Notes: generated from the sequence alone by a model not told the origin. 63,795 nucleotides of DNA, filler included, from Chiloscyllium plagiosum (GCF_004010195.1; 3 parts of one record of this genome joined end to end with filler, not necessarily neighbours in it), one strand, 5' to 3'. Positions 14,078-27,640 are shown, counted from the whole stretch's first letter. Made by a program: numbers and translations.

Positions 14078-15874
14078 ATAGAACAGAAAACATAGAACAT
14101 AGAACAACACAGCGTAGAACAGGCCCTTTGGCCCTCGATGTTGTGCCAACCCGTGAACTAATCTCAGCTCATCCCCCTACACTATCCCATCATCATCCAT
14201 GTGCTTATCTAAGGATTGTTTAAATCTCCCTAATGTGGCTGAGTTGACTACATTAGCAGGTTTTTACCTCCTTTCTATGGAACAAGTCTGACTCCAACCA
14301 GTGGAGAGTTTGCCCCCGATCCCCATTGATTCCAGTTTTTCTAGGGCTCCTTGATGCCACACTCTGTCGAATATGCACCCCTCAATTTGTAGTTATGCCC
14401 CCTTGTACAAGCTGATGTCATCATCCTAGGAAAAAGACTTTCATTGTCTCCCCGATCGAATCCTCCGATCATCATGTATGTCTCTATCAAATCCCCTCTT
14501 AGCCTTCTTCTTTCCAATGAGAACAGACCCAAGTCTCTCAGCCTTTCCTCATAAGACCATCCCTCCAGACCAGGCAACATCCTGGTAAATCTCCTCTGCA
14601 CCTTTTCCAATGCTTCCACATCCTTCCTGAAATATGGCGACCAGAACTGTGCACAATATTCCAAGTGTGGCGGCACTAGCGTTTTGTATAGTTGCAGCAT
14701 GATATTGCAGCTCCGGAACTCAATCCCTCTACAAATGAAACCTAACACACTGTTTGCCTTCTTAACAGCACTATCAACCTGGGTGGCAATTTTCAGGGAT
14801 CTGTGTACATGGACTCCGAGATCCCTCTGCATATTCACACTATCAAGAATCTTTCCATTGACCTAGTACTCTGCCTTCCTGTTATTCTTCCCAAAGTGCA
14901 TCACCTCACATTTAGCTGCATTGAACTCTACTTATCACCTCTCAGCACAATCCTGCAGTTTATCTAAGTCCCCCTGCAATCTGTAACATTCTTCCAAACT
15001 GTCCACTACTCCACCGACTTTAGTGTCATCTGCAAATTTAATAATCCATCCACCTATGCCTGTGTCTAAGTCATTTGTAAGAATGACAAACAGTAGTGGT
15101 CCCAAATCAGAACCTTGTGCCACACCATTAGTAACTGGAGTCCAGGCTGAATATTTTCCATCAACTACCACTCGCTGCTTTCTTTCAGAAAGCCGTCTCT
15201 AATCCAAACTGCTAAATTACCCTCAATCCCATGCCTCTGCATTTCTCTAACAGCCTACTATGTGGAACCTTATCAAAGGCTTTACTGAAGTCCATGTATA
15301 CCACGTCAACTGCCCTACCTTCATCTACATGGTTGGTCACCTTCTCAAAAAAAAAGGGTTGTGAGACAAAACCTGCCCTTGACGAAACCATGTTGACTAT
15401 CTGAAATCAAATTGTTGCTTGCTAGAGGATTATAAATCTCATCTCTTAAAATCCTTTCCAAAACCTTTCCTATAACAGAAATAAGGGTCACTGGTCTATA
15501 ATTACCTAGGTCATCTCTACTGCCCTTCTTTAATAAGGGCACAACATTTGCAATCCTCCAGTCCTCTGGTACTAAACCTGTAGACAATGATGACTCAAAT
15601 ATCAAAGCCAAAGGCTTTGCTATCTCCTCTCTAGCTTCCCAGAGAATCCTTGGATAGATCCCATCCGGCCCAGGGGACTTGTCTACTTTCACTCCTTCTA
15701 GAATTGATAACACCTGTTTGTAACTATCCTCGATCCTTTCTAGTCTAATATCTCATACCTCATTCTTCTCCTCTACAATATTCTCCTTTTCCTGAGTGAA
15801 AACCGTTGAGAATTTTTCGTTTAACACCTCTGCGATCTCCACAGGGTCCACCTTCAACTTTCCACTTCTGTCTT
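14078..15874 (-). mobile_element. CR1 LINE, 5'-truncated, (TTCTATG)n tail
   Basis: Minus-strand ORFs 15345-15713 (KSPGPDG), 14935-15171 (QGS, FADD) and 14341-14838; tail catagaacatagaa at about 14092-14105. Confidence 0.92.
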
Positions 15875-15904
15875 TGATTGAGAGTAGACTGATGGGGCAG
15901 TAAT

Positions 15905-16648
15905 ATATAGTTAAAGGCAGGACCCAAACAACATTGATGTACAGAGGGATCTTGGTGTTCAAGTCCATTGTTCCCTGAAAGTGACCACACAAGTAGATAG
16001 GGTGGTAAAAAAGGCATATGGCATGCTTGCCTTTATTGGTCAGAGAATTGAGTACAATAGTCAGAATGTCATGTGCAGCTTTATAAGACTTTGGTTAGGC
16101 CACACTTAAAGCACTGCATTCAATTCTGGTCACCACATTACAGGAAGGATGTGAAGGCCTTGGAGAGGGTGTAGAAGAGGTTTACCAGGATGCTGCCTGG
16201 CTTAGATGGTATGAGCGATAAGGAGAAGCTAGAAAATCTCAGGTTGTTTTCTTTAGAGAGACAAAGACTGAGGGGAGACTTGATAGAAGATGATAAAATT
16301 ATAAAATGCATAGATAAGGTGATGGTCAGTATCTTTTTCCCAGAATTGAAATGTCTAATAATAGGGGGCATACATTTAAGGTGAGAGGGGGAAAATTCAA
16401 AGGAGACGTGAGGGGCAGGATTTTTACACAGAAGGTTGTAGGAGTCTGAAACACATTGCCAGGGATGGTAGTGGAGGCAAATACGGTAAGAGCATTTAAA
16501 GGACTTGTAGATAAAGCACATGAATCTGCAAGGCATGAAAGGATATGGTCCAAGTGCAAGCGAAAGGGATTAGTTTAATTTGATCTCATGTTAAGCACAA
16601 CATCATTGCCAAAGGGCCGTTCCTGCGCTGTACTGTTAGATGTTCTAT
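15905..16648 (+). mobile_element. CR1 LINE 3' portion
   Basis: [17 protein letters not shown] and RLRGDLIE motifs; ends ctgtactgttagatgttctat. Confidence 0.85.
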
Positions 16649-18544
16649 ATTGATTGGCTGGGTTGGTTTTGTCCTTTTCTTTTGTAGACCAGACATTCCT
16701 GAGAAACTTTCCAGGTTGTCAGATAGATGCTAGCATTGTAACTACATTGGACTACCTTGGTTAGGGGAGAAGCAAATTCTGGAGCACAAGTCTTCAGTAC
16801 TATTGCTGGAATATTGTCAGGGCCATGGCCTTTGTAATATCCAGTGCCTCCAACCATTTCTTGACATTGCAAGGAGTGAATCAAATTGGCTGAAGACTGA
16901 ATGCTGGGGACCATTGGAGGAAGCCACTTGACATTTTTGACTGAAAACTGCTGCGAATGTTTCAGCCTTATCTTTACAGTGACATGTTGAGCTCTTCCAT
17001 CATTGAGGATGGGGATATTTGTGGAGCCTCCTCCTCCAACAAGTTATTTAATTGTCAACCACCATTCGCTACTGTACACAGCAGGACTGCAGAGCTTAGA
17101 TCTGATTGTAGGATCATTGAGCTCAGTCTATCACTTGCTGCTTATGCTGTTTGATTTGTAAAAAGACCTGTTTAGTAGCTTCACCAGATTGACACCTCAT
17201 TTTCAGGAATGCCTGGTGCTACTCCTATCATGCACTCCCGCACTCCCCATTGAACCAGGGTTAAACTCTCACTTGATGGTAATGATTGAGTTGGGGATAT
17301 GCCAGGCCATGGAGTTGCAGCTTGTGTTCAAATACAAGTTTACTGCAGATGACTCACAGCGCCTCATGGATGCCCAGTCTTGTGTTGCTAGATCTTTTCA
17401 AAATCTGTCCCATTTAGCATTGTGACAGCACTGTGATAGTGCTACACAACAATGTAAAGGCAGGACTTCATCTCCATAAGGATTGTATAGTGGTCACTGA
17501 TACTGATACTGTCATGGACAGGTGCATCTGCAGCTAGCAGATTGGCAAAGATTAGGTCAAATATGTTTTACCCTCTTGTTTGTTCCCTCTTCATCTGCCT
17601 CAGACATCGTGTTGCAGCTATTTTTCTTCCGAACAATGAGAAAAGCATAAGAAACTATATGCTTTGTCACTTGACCTACTTGATTTTACTATTCCTTTTT
17701 TTCTGTTAACTACAAAACCTGACTTCTTAGGTTTTAATTTTTATCTCCAAAACCCAGTCAGTTGTTTTGTGCAAGACCTCTGAGGATTCAAAAGAAACAG
17801 CATCAAGAAATGCAATTCCTTTCCTATTTGTGGATTCACCAGAAATACCTGAGACCAAACTAACACAAGTATTTTCTCTACACATATTGCATGCTGACAT
17901 GAATGAAATTATCTTAAGATAGACATTGTTAATTTTGTTTGAGCCATCAGAAATGAGATAATGAATTATCCAATAATCCAGGATATAATAGGGATTGATA
18001 AGGGTTGTTGACCTAATAGTAAAATAAACCCATTCCTGACTCGGTGCTGCAACCTGTGTTCATTTCTAAACCTATGCAAATTCACTTCTTTTTAAAATAC
18101 AGTGCAATAGCTACGTTCGTAAATCTATTAGCAAGGCATTCACTTGGAATACCAACAGAAACAAAGAAATACATTATATTTTGTGTGGTCTGTTTTGTAG
18201 TGAAACAACACTGAAAATTTTTATTTAAGACAGATGTTTCTCATTAATATAAAGTCTAGCTCAAATTGCATTTGGTCCCTATGGTGTTCAGTGTAGGTGC
18301 AAGATTCCTTGTAAAACTGACAGAGTAGTAAAATTATACGTATATAAACATATGTATATCTATGTATAAAACATCCGTGTCTGACTCTGTTTTCACAACA
18401 GTCCTTAATTTAGCAGAGTCTGGTTACATCAGGCAAATCCAACAAAGTGTGCTATTCAGTGTATGAAAGAGAATGCTGGTGTAGAAAATGAGAGCACATT
18501 TACTTCCAGTTCAACTGATTGATGTAGTCTACCGCCCTTATTCA

Positions 18545-18585
18545 TAAATTTTATTTTAACTCAGCTTGAGTTAAAATAAAATTTA
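18545..18585. repeat. Perfect 19-bp inverted repeat with 3-nt spacer
   Basis: taaattttattttaactca-gct-tgagttaaaataaaattta. Confidence 0.9.
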
Positions 18586-18929
18586 ACTCATGCTATTTAT
18601 CTGCACCCATTTTTAATATTGTGATCAATGTTGACCTCATTTAAGAAAAATTAAATAAAAAGAATTTAGAATGGTTTATGGTTCTCTGTTTAGAATAATA
18701 ACCAAGGTAACAAATAGAAACCAGTTATATGTGAAAGGAGATAGAGAAAAAAATTGAAATGATGATAAGTAATTAGCCAAAAACCAGGTATCACCAAAAC
18801 ACTAAAATTTACTGTTAGGGAGGTGGTAATGTGGCACATATATAACCATAATATGATTGAATATCATTTTTGAAAGGCAAACTAAATTTGAAAAGTCTAC
18901 TGGTGATTATTGATATTATAACTAGCATT

Positions 18930-20000
18930 TAAAAAAAAAATGTCAATTCCAGAGATCCCTGGCTGGATCTGCATTTTTTGCCCATTCCTAATTGCCCTTG
19001 GAAAGTTGATGGTGAGCTTCCTGTTGAATTGCTGCAGTTCATTTGCTGTAAATAGACCCATATTGCCGATAGGGTGGCATTTCAGGATTTTGACCCAGCA
19101 ACATGAAGAAACAACAATATATTTCCAAGTCAGGATGGTAAGTGCCTTGGAGGGAAAATTAAAGTTGGTGATGTTCCCATATATTTGCTGCTTTGTCCTT
19201 CCAGATGATGCTAGTTGTGGGTTTGGAAGAGGCTGTTTAAGGAGCATTAGTAAATTTCTAATTAGATAGTACACACGATTGCTACATCTGTGGTGTAGGA
19301 AGTGGATGTTGTGCCAATCAACAGGTTACTAAATCTGGGTAGTGTCGAGCTTCTTGAATGTTTTTGGAACTGCACCCATCAGGCAAATGGGGAGTATTCC
19401 ATCACACTCCTGATCTGTGTATTTTAGATGGTGGACAGGCGTTGGGAGTCAGGAGGTGTTACTTGCTGCTGAGTTCCTATTCCCTGACCTCCCCTTATAG
19501 CCACAGTATTTCTGACTTGTCCAGTTCCATTTCTGGAGATTAACATGAGGGGATTCAGTGATGGTAATGCCATTGAACATCAAAGGTCAATGGTTTGATT
19601 ATTTCTTGCTGGAGATGATCATTATCTGGCACTTGTGTGATGCTAACATTAATTGCCATTTATCAGTCTAAGCCTGGATATTGTCCCAGTCCTTCTACAT
19701 TTGGAAATGATTGTTTCTGTTTCTGAGGAGTTGCGAATGGTGTTGAAAAATGCACAATTATCAGTGAACATTCCCATTTCTGATCTTGTGATAAAACAGC
19801 TGAAGACAGTTGGACCCACTACACTATCCCGAAGCAATGGGCTGTTACGTCACATTAGTGGTGTCCCTGTCTCTGAGCCAGGAGGGTAGTGTTCAAGACC
19901 TATCTGCTCATGGGATGCCTTATAACCTCTCTGTACAGGTTGTTTAGGCAACTATCTGCCCTGAGAAATCTTGCAGAGATGTCCTGCAGCTCAGATCCTA
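18930..20000 (-). mobile_element. LINE-B 3' portion
   Basis: SVVGPTVFSCFI and EMGMFTDNC remnants; 3' tail caagggcaattaggaatgggc on the minus strand near 18980-19000. Confidence 0.8.
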
Positions 20001-20429
20001 ACTTATAAAAGTGAATCAGTGTGTGTAGTACATTTTAAATTTTCAAAAGACATTTCAAACAGCTTATTACACAAAATTAGGGGCATAAGATTGGAACTAA
20101 CATTAAAACATTGATTATCTAGGCAAAAATAGAGTATTGTTTTGGGGAGTTGGCGGGTTGTAAACAGTGAAATATACAAGGAACAATGCTTGAATATCAG
20201 CCTCAATCACATACAAGTTACATCAGTAATGTAGATGTGGGCCTGAGAGTAATGTATCCTGCTTCACATACAAGATGAAGCTAGATGCATTGCTCTATGA
20301 GAAGCAATTGAGTGGATTAGATCTATATTTCTCAGACCTTTGAATAATTAGAGATTATCTAACTGCAGTAAATTAAATGTTAAAGGTTGGACATGGTGGA
20401 AAGGTGTCTACTCTTTTCTTAATATATAT

Positions 20430-20768
20430 TAATTCATGAGATGTGTGTATCACTGGGTAGGCAAGCATCTACTGCCCTTTGGCTAGTTAAGAGTCAACTA
20501 CTATGCTGGTGGTTCTGGAGTCACATATTGGACAGACCAGTTGAGGGCAGCAGGTTTTCTTCCCTGAAAGACATTAGTGAGCCAGGTAGACTTTTCTCGA
20601 CAATGGTTTCATGATCATCAGTAGATTTTTAATTCCAGTTTTTGTTTTAATATTGAATTCAAATTCCATGAGCTGCCATGGTGGGATTCAAGCTCAAGTC
20701 CCCTGAACATTAGTTGAACTTCTGGATTAATAGTCCAGTAATCATACCACTAGGCCATCACCTTCCCT
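20430..20768 (-). mobile_element. SINE-B inserted in an old CR1 fragment (about 20080-20940)
   Basis: Homologous to 47150-47485 and 58775-59103; tRNA-like head at the right end. Confidence 0.8.
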
Positions 20769-22329
20769 TGACTAGAGAATCTTGAAACAAATTCATTTTC
20801 TCAGAATAAGGAGTCATTTTCTTAGCAAAATAAATTTCTTCACTAAAAAGTTAGTGAATGTGTGTCACTCAGATGTCATGTATATTTAAACCAAAAATTG
20901 ATAGCTAATGAGTGGGTCAAGATTTATGGGGATTGTAAAGTTGAGCTAATATTTTAGTGGTCTTATCACAAGACACAACAGGTGGGAGGTTTGAATGTTT
21001 ACACCCTATCGTTTTCCTTTGTACTTCTGAGAGGCATGAAAGAGAAAGGAGTAAGTCTGGCTTCCTGTTATTTATATTGAGTGAACCAGTTCCAGTGGCA
21101 ATACAAATGCTGTTCTTTCGACAGTTGCTCTGTTCAATAGCCATTGATTTTACTGACTTTTGACCTGTACACAGCGAATTCGCACACAGCCAGACAACTA
21201 AGTGTCACAGAATATTTCTGTCTATTTCAAGAGTCGACAAGTGATTTGTCAATATTAATTACCAACGCTACTAAGTTTTAAACTAACTCCATAACTATAT
21301 CACTGACAGTGTTAAGTTAAAGTATTTGAATTGAATCATCCCTCAAGAAGTGGTTTTGAGTAAAGATTTGAGATAATGAATCTGAAAACAAGGTTTTAGT
21401 ATAACTCAAGAAACAATGGAAATGCCTGGGGCCATGTCATGAGTCTAAACAGCACCACAAATAACTAATGGATATAGTCATGTTCAGATCATTCCATGCA
21501 CAAATTGACTAACACTTTCTAAGGCTCAAAGCAAATCAAAAACATGGATTTGAACAGATTCAGGTTAGTAATTTGAAAATAATTCAGAAGAATGCAATTT
21601 TATAATATGGAGTAATTTAAAGTTGAGACATTTAAACAAAATGATGGTACAATAGAATCAGCAGCAAACAAATACGAAAGATATATTTTTAAAAGTCATA
21701 TAAAATTACAATATATTAAAACTCTTATGATTGCATGCACCTCTTGTCTGCATCCTTTACTTCATGTCATTATAGTTTGTATCTCATTTTTAAAATATAA
21801 ATTCTTATGTCAATCTTTATAAAATGGTAAATGCCAAAGTCAACTCATCACTTTGTGCAGCAGAGCAACAAAGTTGTATAAAACCCGATCACTATTCCCT
21901 CAACTATTTAACTTTTGAAAACTTAACTTTCTTATCACTGGGGACAAAATTTTGTAGGCTAAACAAGTTTCTATTGCGATCTTAAAATTCCAAAATTTAT
22001 ACATTTCTCAATCATGTGACTACAATTTCTTTGTGTAATTTAATGGCTACATTCATGACTTTTTTTTGTTAAACTGTGATACTTCAACTAAAAAGGCTTG
22101 TCCGAATTGTTTGAAGAAATGTTTGTGACAAAATGTAAGATCCTTTTTTGAGGTGAAATTTATAATGAATAGTTTCCACATAAAAGCAAAGGATTGGTTT
22201 TTGTGGTTTCAGGAATGTTCCACAGATCTTTTAAAATGATGCACAGGACCTGGGTACTGAAGTCTTGACCCTATTTCCGACAGATCTACTTTTTGCTGGA
22301 AGGGTGAATGAGCCAAAATATCATACATA

Positions 22330-22880
22330 CAGTGGGAAATCTGAGCTCTTCACATTTTCCGACATTATAATTCATATCCCATGTTTTTGCCCACTAACTT
22401 AATCTGTCTATATTCATTTGCAAACGTCACAATTTTTCTTCTTGACATTCTTTCTTATCCATCTTGTTTTCTTTATGATATGCTTTCCTACATGACTTGG
22501 TGTCATCAGTGAATTGAGTCACTATACCTTTGTTCATCTCATCCAAGTCATTGAAGTAAACTGTAAAATGTTGAGGCACCAACACAGACTTCTGTGAGAC
22601 TACACTTGTCACTTCCTGCCAATCAGGGTAGGATCAACTACACATTTTCTGCCAGTCAGTGAAACTTCTGTTCATATTAATATGTTATCCCTTATCAATA
22701 TTTTCTAATCAACCTGTTAATAGATGTTACTACACACATTTAGAAAGGTTGGGACTTGAGCTCAGGCTTCCTGGCTCAGAGATAGGGTCACTAGCAGTGC
22801 ACCGGTAGAGCTTGAGTTACCTCTTAAACCATGAACTTTTATTTTCCATAATAACTTATGGTATGGCATTGTATCACTGA
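22330..22880 (-). mobile_element. Old CR1 RT fragment with a short tRNA-like insert near 22740-22805
   Basis: ORF 22427-22612 (VSQKSVLVP..F..YFNDLD..QFTDDTK). Confidence 0.6.
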
Positions 22881-24169
22881 CACTTCACTGTAGCTAGTCA
22901 ATACAGAAACAGGACAGGTTACTGGCACTCGAGAACTGCTTGTGATTAGGCATCTGCTCAACCCTCAACAACGCTTTGCTGAAGTGGCATTGAAATTGGA
23001 TGTGGTGACCCTCAGGCTAAACCACCATCAGTTCTCTCTCTCTAATGAGAGAGTAGAACAATGGTACCTTTTTCCATGTATTTCATATATTGATGGAATA
23101 AACAGGCTAGATTTGCCCTGCTTCTTATGTGTGCCTGAGAAAGTTTACAAATGTCAGGTAGATGCCAGTGCTGGAGCAATGTCTGCAAACCCCAGAAAGT
23201 CACATGGTCCTGCTTGAACAAATGGTCCCTTTCTGTGCCAAATCTTTCATAAGATTCTACACAGTTGCACTTAAAGAGTGTTTCATGAGCAATTATGACC
23301 CTCCTAAAAACATGTTATCATGTTTTATAATGTAAACCCATCAATTATATCTAAGATCCTTTCTATTTGAACAAGCACTGGGGAGAATTAACTGGTGTCT
23401 GAGTAATTGTTCCTAGTCAATGAATCTTTCATTAATAGGATCTTGCTTGCCTCTAGTAATGCATGAATATAAACAGATGTTTTGTGTCTGCCACCAAGAG
23501 AAAGATGCAGTTTCTCATTAGATAATCTGTGTAGCATCCTGTAATAATAATGTTCTCATATCAATTTTCTATGTGGGAGGACGACACTACTTGTCATCAA
23601 CATCTGTTGCCTAAATTACTTCAAACTGATAAAATAATATAAAAGTATGTGTGCCAATCACTAGTGTAAAATAAAACATTGTCCAAGAATTTACTTTGTT
23701 CCAGAATTGGATATAAGACTCTGGAAGAAAATAATAGCTTATGAAAAATTACGAAAAACAAATGAGGATTTTGTATGTGTTGCATTTATGGTTTTTGTGC
23801 TATATGACATTACAATATTTATGCTGTAAATGCATTAGAAAAATCCAAGTATCACAATGATATTATTACTGTTCATGAAAGTGCAACACACTTTTGAAAG
23901 TAGAGATGAATTTTATGCATTAGTGTGAAAGTATATCATACAGATATATTCTCAAATCCATCAGTTTTGGGAATGAGGTGTATGGGATTTCAGTTATTTC
24001 TGGATTTTGGGTCTAGCAGGTTGGCCTTTGGCAGTTTGGCTCAAACCAAGTTGGGTGGTGTGAAGATTTGCTCACAGCCTAAGAAAGGGCAGTGCAAGAA
24101 GCAATGAAGCCAGTAACTGATCTGGAGCTACATTGTGCCAATGTAGTGCTTAATGATACTGTTTAATCA

Positions 24170-24423
24170 TAAAATCCCTCGTGTAGATTCGGCCCATCGA
24201 TTTAAAACCACGCTCCAAAGAGCATCCCAACCAGACCTCAACCTATCCCTGTAACTCTACATTTCCTATTGCCAATCCATGTAATCTGCACAGTTTTGGA
24301 TGGTGGGAGGAAACCAGAGCACCTAAAGGAATTCCATGCAGATATGGGGAGAATTGCAAACTCCAGAAATCAAACCCAGGTCCCTGGCTCTATGAGGCAG
24401 AGGTGCTAACCACTGAGCCACCT
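24170..24423 (-). mobile_element. HE1-like V-SINE, decayed
   Basis: Reverse-complement homology to 59148-59472 (gtgggaggaaaccagagcac; gtgctaaccactgagccacc). Confidence 0.8.
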
Positions 24424-24769
24424 GATAAAGTTTTGTAAAACTTTGCTGAAGATTATAAACACATCCAGTTTTTGTCTACCATTGGTTTTCAGGAAGCTGA
24501 GTTTGCGATATTATAATTGTAGTAGCATTGACATGCTTATTTGCAATTACTGTCAGTGATTTGAGGAAGGTTTTATTCAATGAGATAATTTCACAAATTG
24601 CGAATGTGCTAATGTGCTCATATTTTTTATCAAGCACATTACAGCTTGAAATAATGTCTGCGCAGTTGGCTTCATCGAATCATACAAAAGAAAAGGATCT
24701 TCAGCCCATCAAATCTGAACCAACACTGATTTCTGACAAAATCTACTCTAAATCTACACTTGTCCCACT

Positions 24770-25640
24770 CAAACATAAAAACGTCGAAGATTGGAGCAGG
24801 AACAGATGATTCAACCCCTTTTGCCTGCTCCACCATTCAATACAATCATGGCTGATCATCTAAGACAATACCTTGATTCAATAACATCCTTCAGGGATGG
24901 AAATCTGCCATCCTCACCTGGTCTGGCCTATATGTGACTCCAAGCCCATAACAATGTGGTTGACTCAATTGCCCTCTAAAATGCGTGGCAAGCCATTCAT
25001 TCAAAGGCAACTAGGGATGGGCAATAAATGCTGGCCAGCCAACAATGCTTATGTCCCATGAGTGAATTAAAAAAAACCTAAACCCTCCTCCCCCCATACC
25101 CCTTGATCCCTTTTGCCACAAAACTGTATCTCGCTCCTTCTTAAAAACTCTCAAAGTTTCAACCTCAACCACTTTGTGTGGTTGAGAATTCGACAGGCTC
25201 ACACCTCTGACTGAAGAAATCTCACCTCATTTCCTCATTTAAAAGGTTTACTCCTTGTCCTTAATCAATGACTCTTGGTTCTGGAGTCCTCCACCATCAA
25301 CAATTTCTTTCCTGCTTCTAACCTGTCTAAACTTTATAGGCTTTTATGAAATCACCACTAACCTCCAGTGAATACAATCCCAACCAACTCAATGTTTCCT
25401 CACATGTCAGTGCTGCTGTCCCAGGAATCAATGTAGTAAGCTTCACTACACTCCCTCAACAGCAAGAACATCCAAAAGGAGACCAAAACTGCACACAATA
25501 TTTGGGGTTTGGCTTTGCCAATGCCCAATTCAATTGGAGAAAGACATTCTTGTTGCTGTACTTGAATCCACTTGATATGAAGGTCAACATAGAGTTTGTC
25601 TTCTTTACTGCCTGCTGCATCTGCACACTTACTTTCAGCA
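24770..25640 (-). mobile_element. CR1 3' portion containing a + strand SINE-B fragment (about 24885-25077)
   Basis: VQMQQAVKK and YCVQFWSP (25456-25659); SINE-B body and tail inside. Confidence 0.8.
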
Positions 25641-26646
25641 GGGATTCTGGGTAATCCAAGATGGAGGATGGGAAAAATTTCTGGCTGTAAGAGCTGCTCC
25701 TTTTTTTGAGGTATTTTAGGTGCTGGAGGTGATTTCCTCGAATTGCAGGAGCAGCAATTACTGTTTTGTATGCTGTTGCTTTGGAAAAAAAAAGTCAAAA
25801 CAACAGCAGTTTTAAAAGGGAGAAGAGCAGACAAAGGAAGCACATAGTGAGGACAGTGCAGGACAGAGAGAGATAAAACTGCACAGTTACCGCCTTTGCT
25901 GTTTTTGAATTCATGTGTCGCTGGAGATCGGAGTGCATCTGGGAAAATTAAGAAACAGTGAATTTCACAACTAATCTTGGAGGAACCGGTTTGGGCCAAG
26001 TTCACAACACAGAATCAGATAAGTTAATTGTTGTTTTAAGTCTGTCCAAGAGAAAGGCTGTATTAGTGAGTACAGTGAGTTTTTTCTTGATTATATGTTT
26101 TTGGAGATAAGTCTCTCGATTAAACTTAAAATATAAGCCATAGCTATTAATTTAACCTGGAGCGGTGTTTGTAGAGGAATATGACGGTGTTATTTTCTGG
26201 GTCTGTAGATTGTGAAGGAGCAAAAATGGCCTTTGCAGTGATATGTACTTCTTGTCAGATGTGGGAGTTTAAAGACAGTTTAAGGGTTACTGCGGATTAT
26301 ATCTGCCATAAATGCTGTTGAATGCAAATCTTATCAGATCGAGTGGATCAGTTGGAGAGATAGATAGAAGCAATGAGGAATTTGCAACAGCAACAGTATG
26401 TGATGGATGGCAGTTATAGGAAGGGGGGAAAGTCTCAGATATAGTCACATAGATGGGTTAACTCCAGGAAAGGTAAGAGAGATAGGCATCTAGGGCAGGA
26501 GTCTTTTGTGGATGTACCCATTTCAAAAAGGTATGTTTTGGAAAATGTAGGGGGTGATGGATTCTCAGGGGAACGTAGCACAAACAGCCAAGTTTCTGGC
26601 ATTGAGACTGGCTCTAATGCAATGAGGGGTACGTCGGCTTCCAAGA
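25641..26646 (+). mobile_element. CR1 5' UTR and ORF1 N-terminus (decayed), running into a gap
   Basis: From ATG 26226: MAFAVICTSCQMWE...YICHKC, then heptad-like LSDRVDQLER and VPISKRY..L, i.e. a CxxC...CxxC/coiled-coil CR1 ORF1 with in-frame stops; CAAGATGG near the 5' end. Confidence 0.85.
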
Positions 26647-26746
26647 NNNNNNNNNNNNNNNNNNNNNNNNNNNNNNNNNNNNNNNNNNNNTTAATTAATT
26701 AANNNNNNNNNNNNNNNNNNNNNNNNNNNNNNNNNNNNNNNNNNNN
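26647..26746. other. Assembly gap with artificial TTAATTAATTAA linker
   Basis: 44 N + TTAATTAATTAA (26691-26702) + 44 N = 100 bp. Confidence 0.95.
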
Positions 26747-27099
26747 TGGTTCCGTATCGATGGGTATGGGTGTGTTTCAGTCAGTCTCTTGATGTGATTA
26801 GGAGATGGGTTTCCATATTAATTGATTCCGGAGTTTTGGTCTATGAGTCATGGGTAATGTTGGTCTAGTGTGGATTTGATCTGTCCTCTGTCTCCTATCT
26901 CCCGGTCACGTGGGCGGACCGGCAGCTGCTGAGTTCTGTGGGTTTAAAGCTGCGACTGCTGTTTAAAACACAAAATGAATTCTTATAGTTTCCTGATGTA
27001 GGCATAGTCACGTGGCAAAAGCAGGGCGGCTCTGATGCCCGCTTGCACAAGTATGCCTCTTAGTTTTTAACTACCCTACCCCAGGGAAAGGACCCTAGT

Positions 27100-27375
27100 T
27101 TTGAGTTTAAGGTGTGAGGTGAAAGATTTACAAAGACCTGAGCTGTAACTTTTTCATGCAGAGGGTGGTGCGTGCATAGAACAAGTTGCCAAAGGAGGTG
27201 GTGGAGGTGGGTACAATTACAACATCTGGATGGGTACATGCACAGTAAGGTTTTAGAGGAATATGGGCCAAATACTAGCAAATGGGACTAGATCAGTTTA
27301 GAATATCTGGTCGGTGTGGACAAGTTGGACAGGAGGATCAATTTTTGTGCTGTTTTAACTCTACGATTCTATGGC
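27100..27375 (+). mobile_element. CR1 3' end fragment
   Basis: FKV.GERF.KDL motif and 3' UTR similar to 2280-2560. Confidence 0.8.
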
Positions 27376-27640
27376 CTCCATAAGATTCTAGCTCTAGACA
27401 CAATGAGGAAATTGCCCATTAGAAATCATTTGTTCATTTCCAAGACGACCAAGCAATTGTGCTCTATGGATCCATATCCATCAATTTCTACTTTTGCCCA
27501 TTCTTCATGAAATGTAGGAATGTAGAAACAAAAATCAAACATTCAGCCTCTCCAAAGGATTCTGCTAGTAAATGCAACCATGGCTGATATGCAGTTTAAC
27601 ATCACTTACCTGTCTCAGTTCTATAACCTTTAATATCCTT

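Larger units (their letters stand above)
12880..17625 (-). mobile_element. LINE-B (APE-RT LINE) decayed copy, interrupted by two CR1 insertions
   Basis: ALDIKAIFDRVWHQGALEKLESMGI (13722-13916), IYKAQVRIVMDYSPFAW (13240-13449), GPDNIPAIVLKTCAPE (16645-16914); collinear with 44418-47148. Confidence 0.85.

Noticed and set aside
26691..26702. TTAATTAATTAA islands inside N runs (also 56170-56181)
   Set aside because: Identical 44N+12+44N layout with stops in all six frames: a scaffolding spacer, not biology. Adjacency across these gaps is uncertain.
26747..27030. Possible promoter with two GTCACGTG E-boxes and a GC box
   Set aside because: Short, abuts a gap and no linked gene is visible; may be a repeat 5' end.
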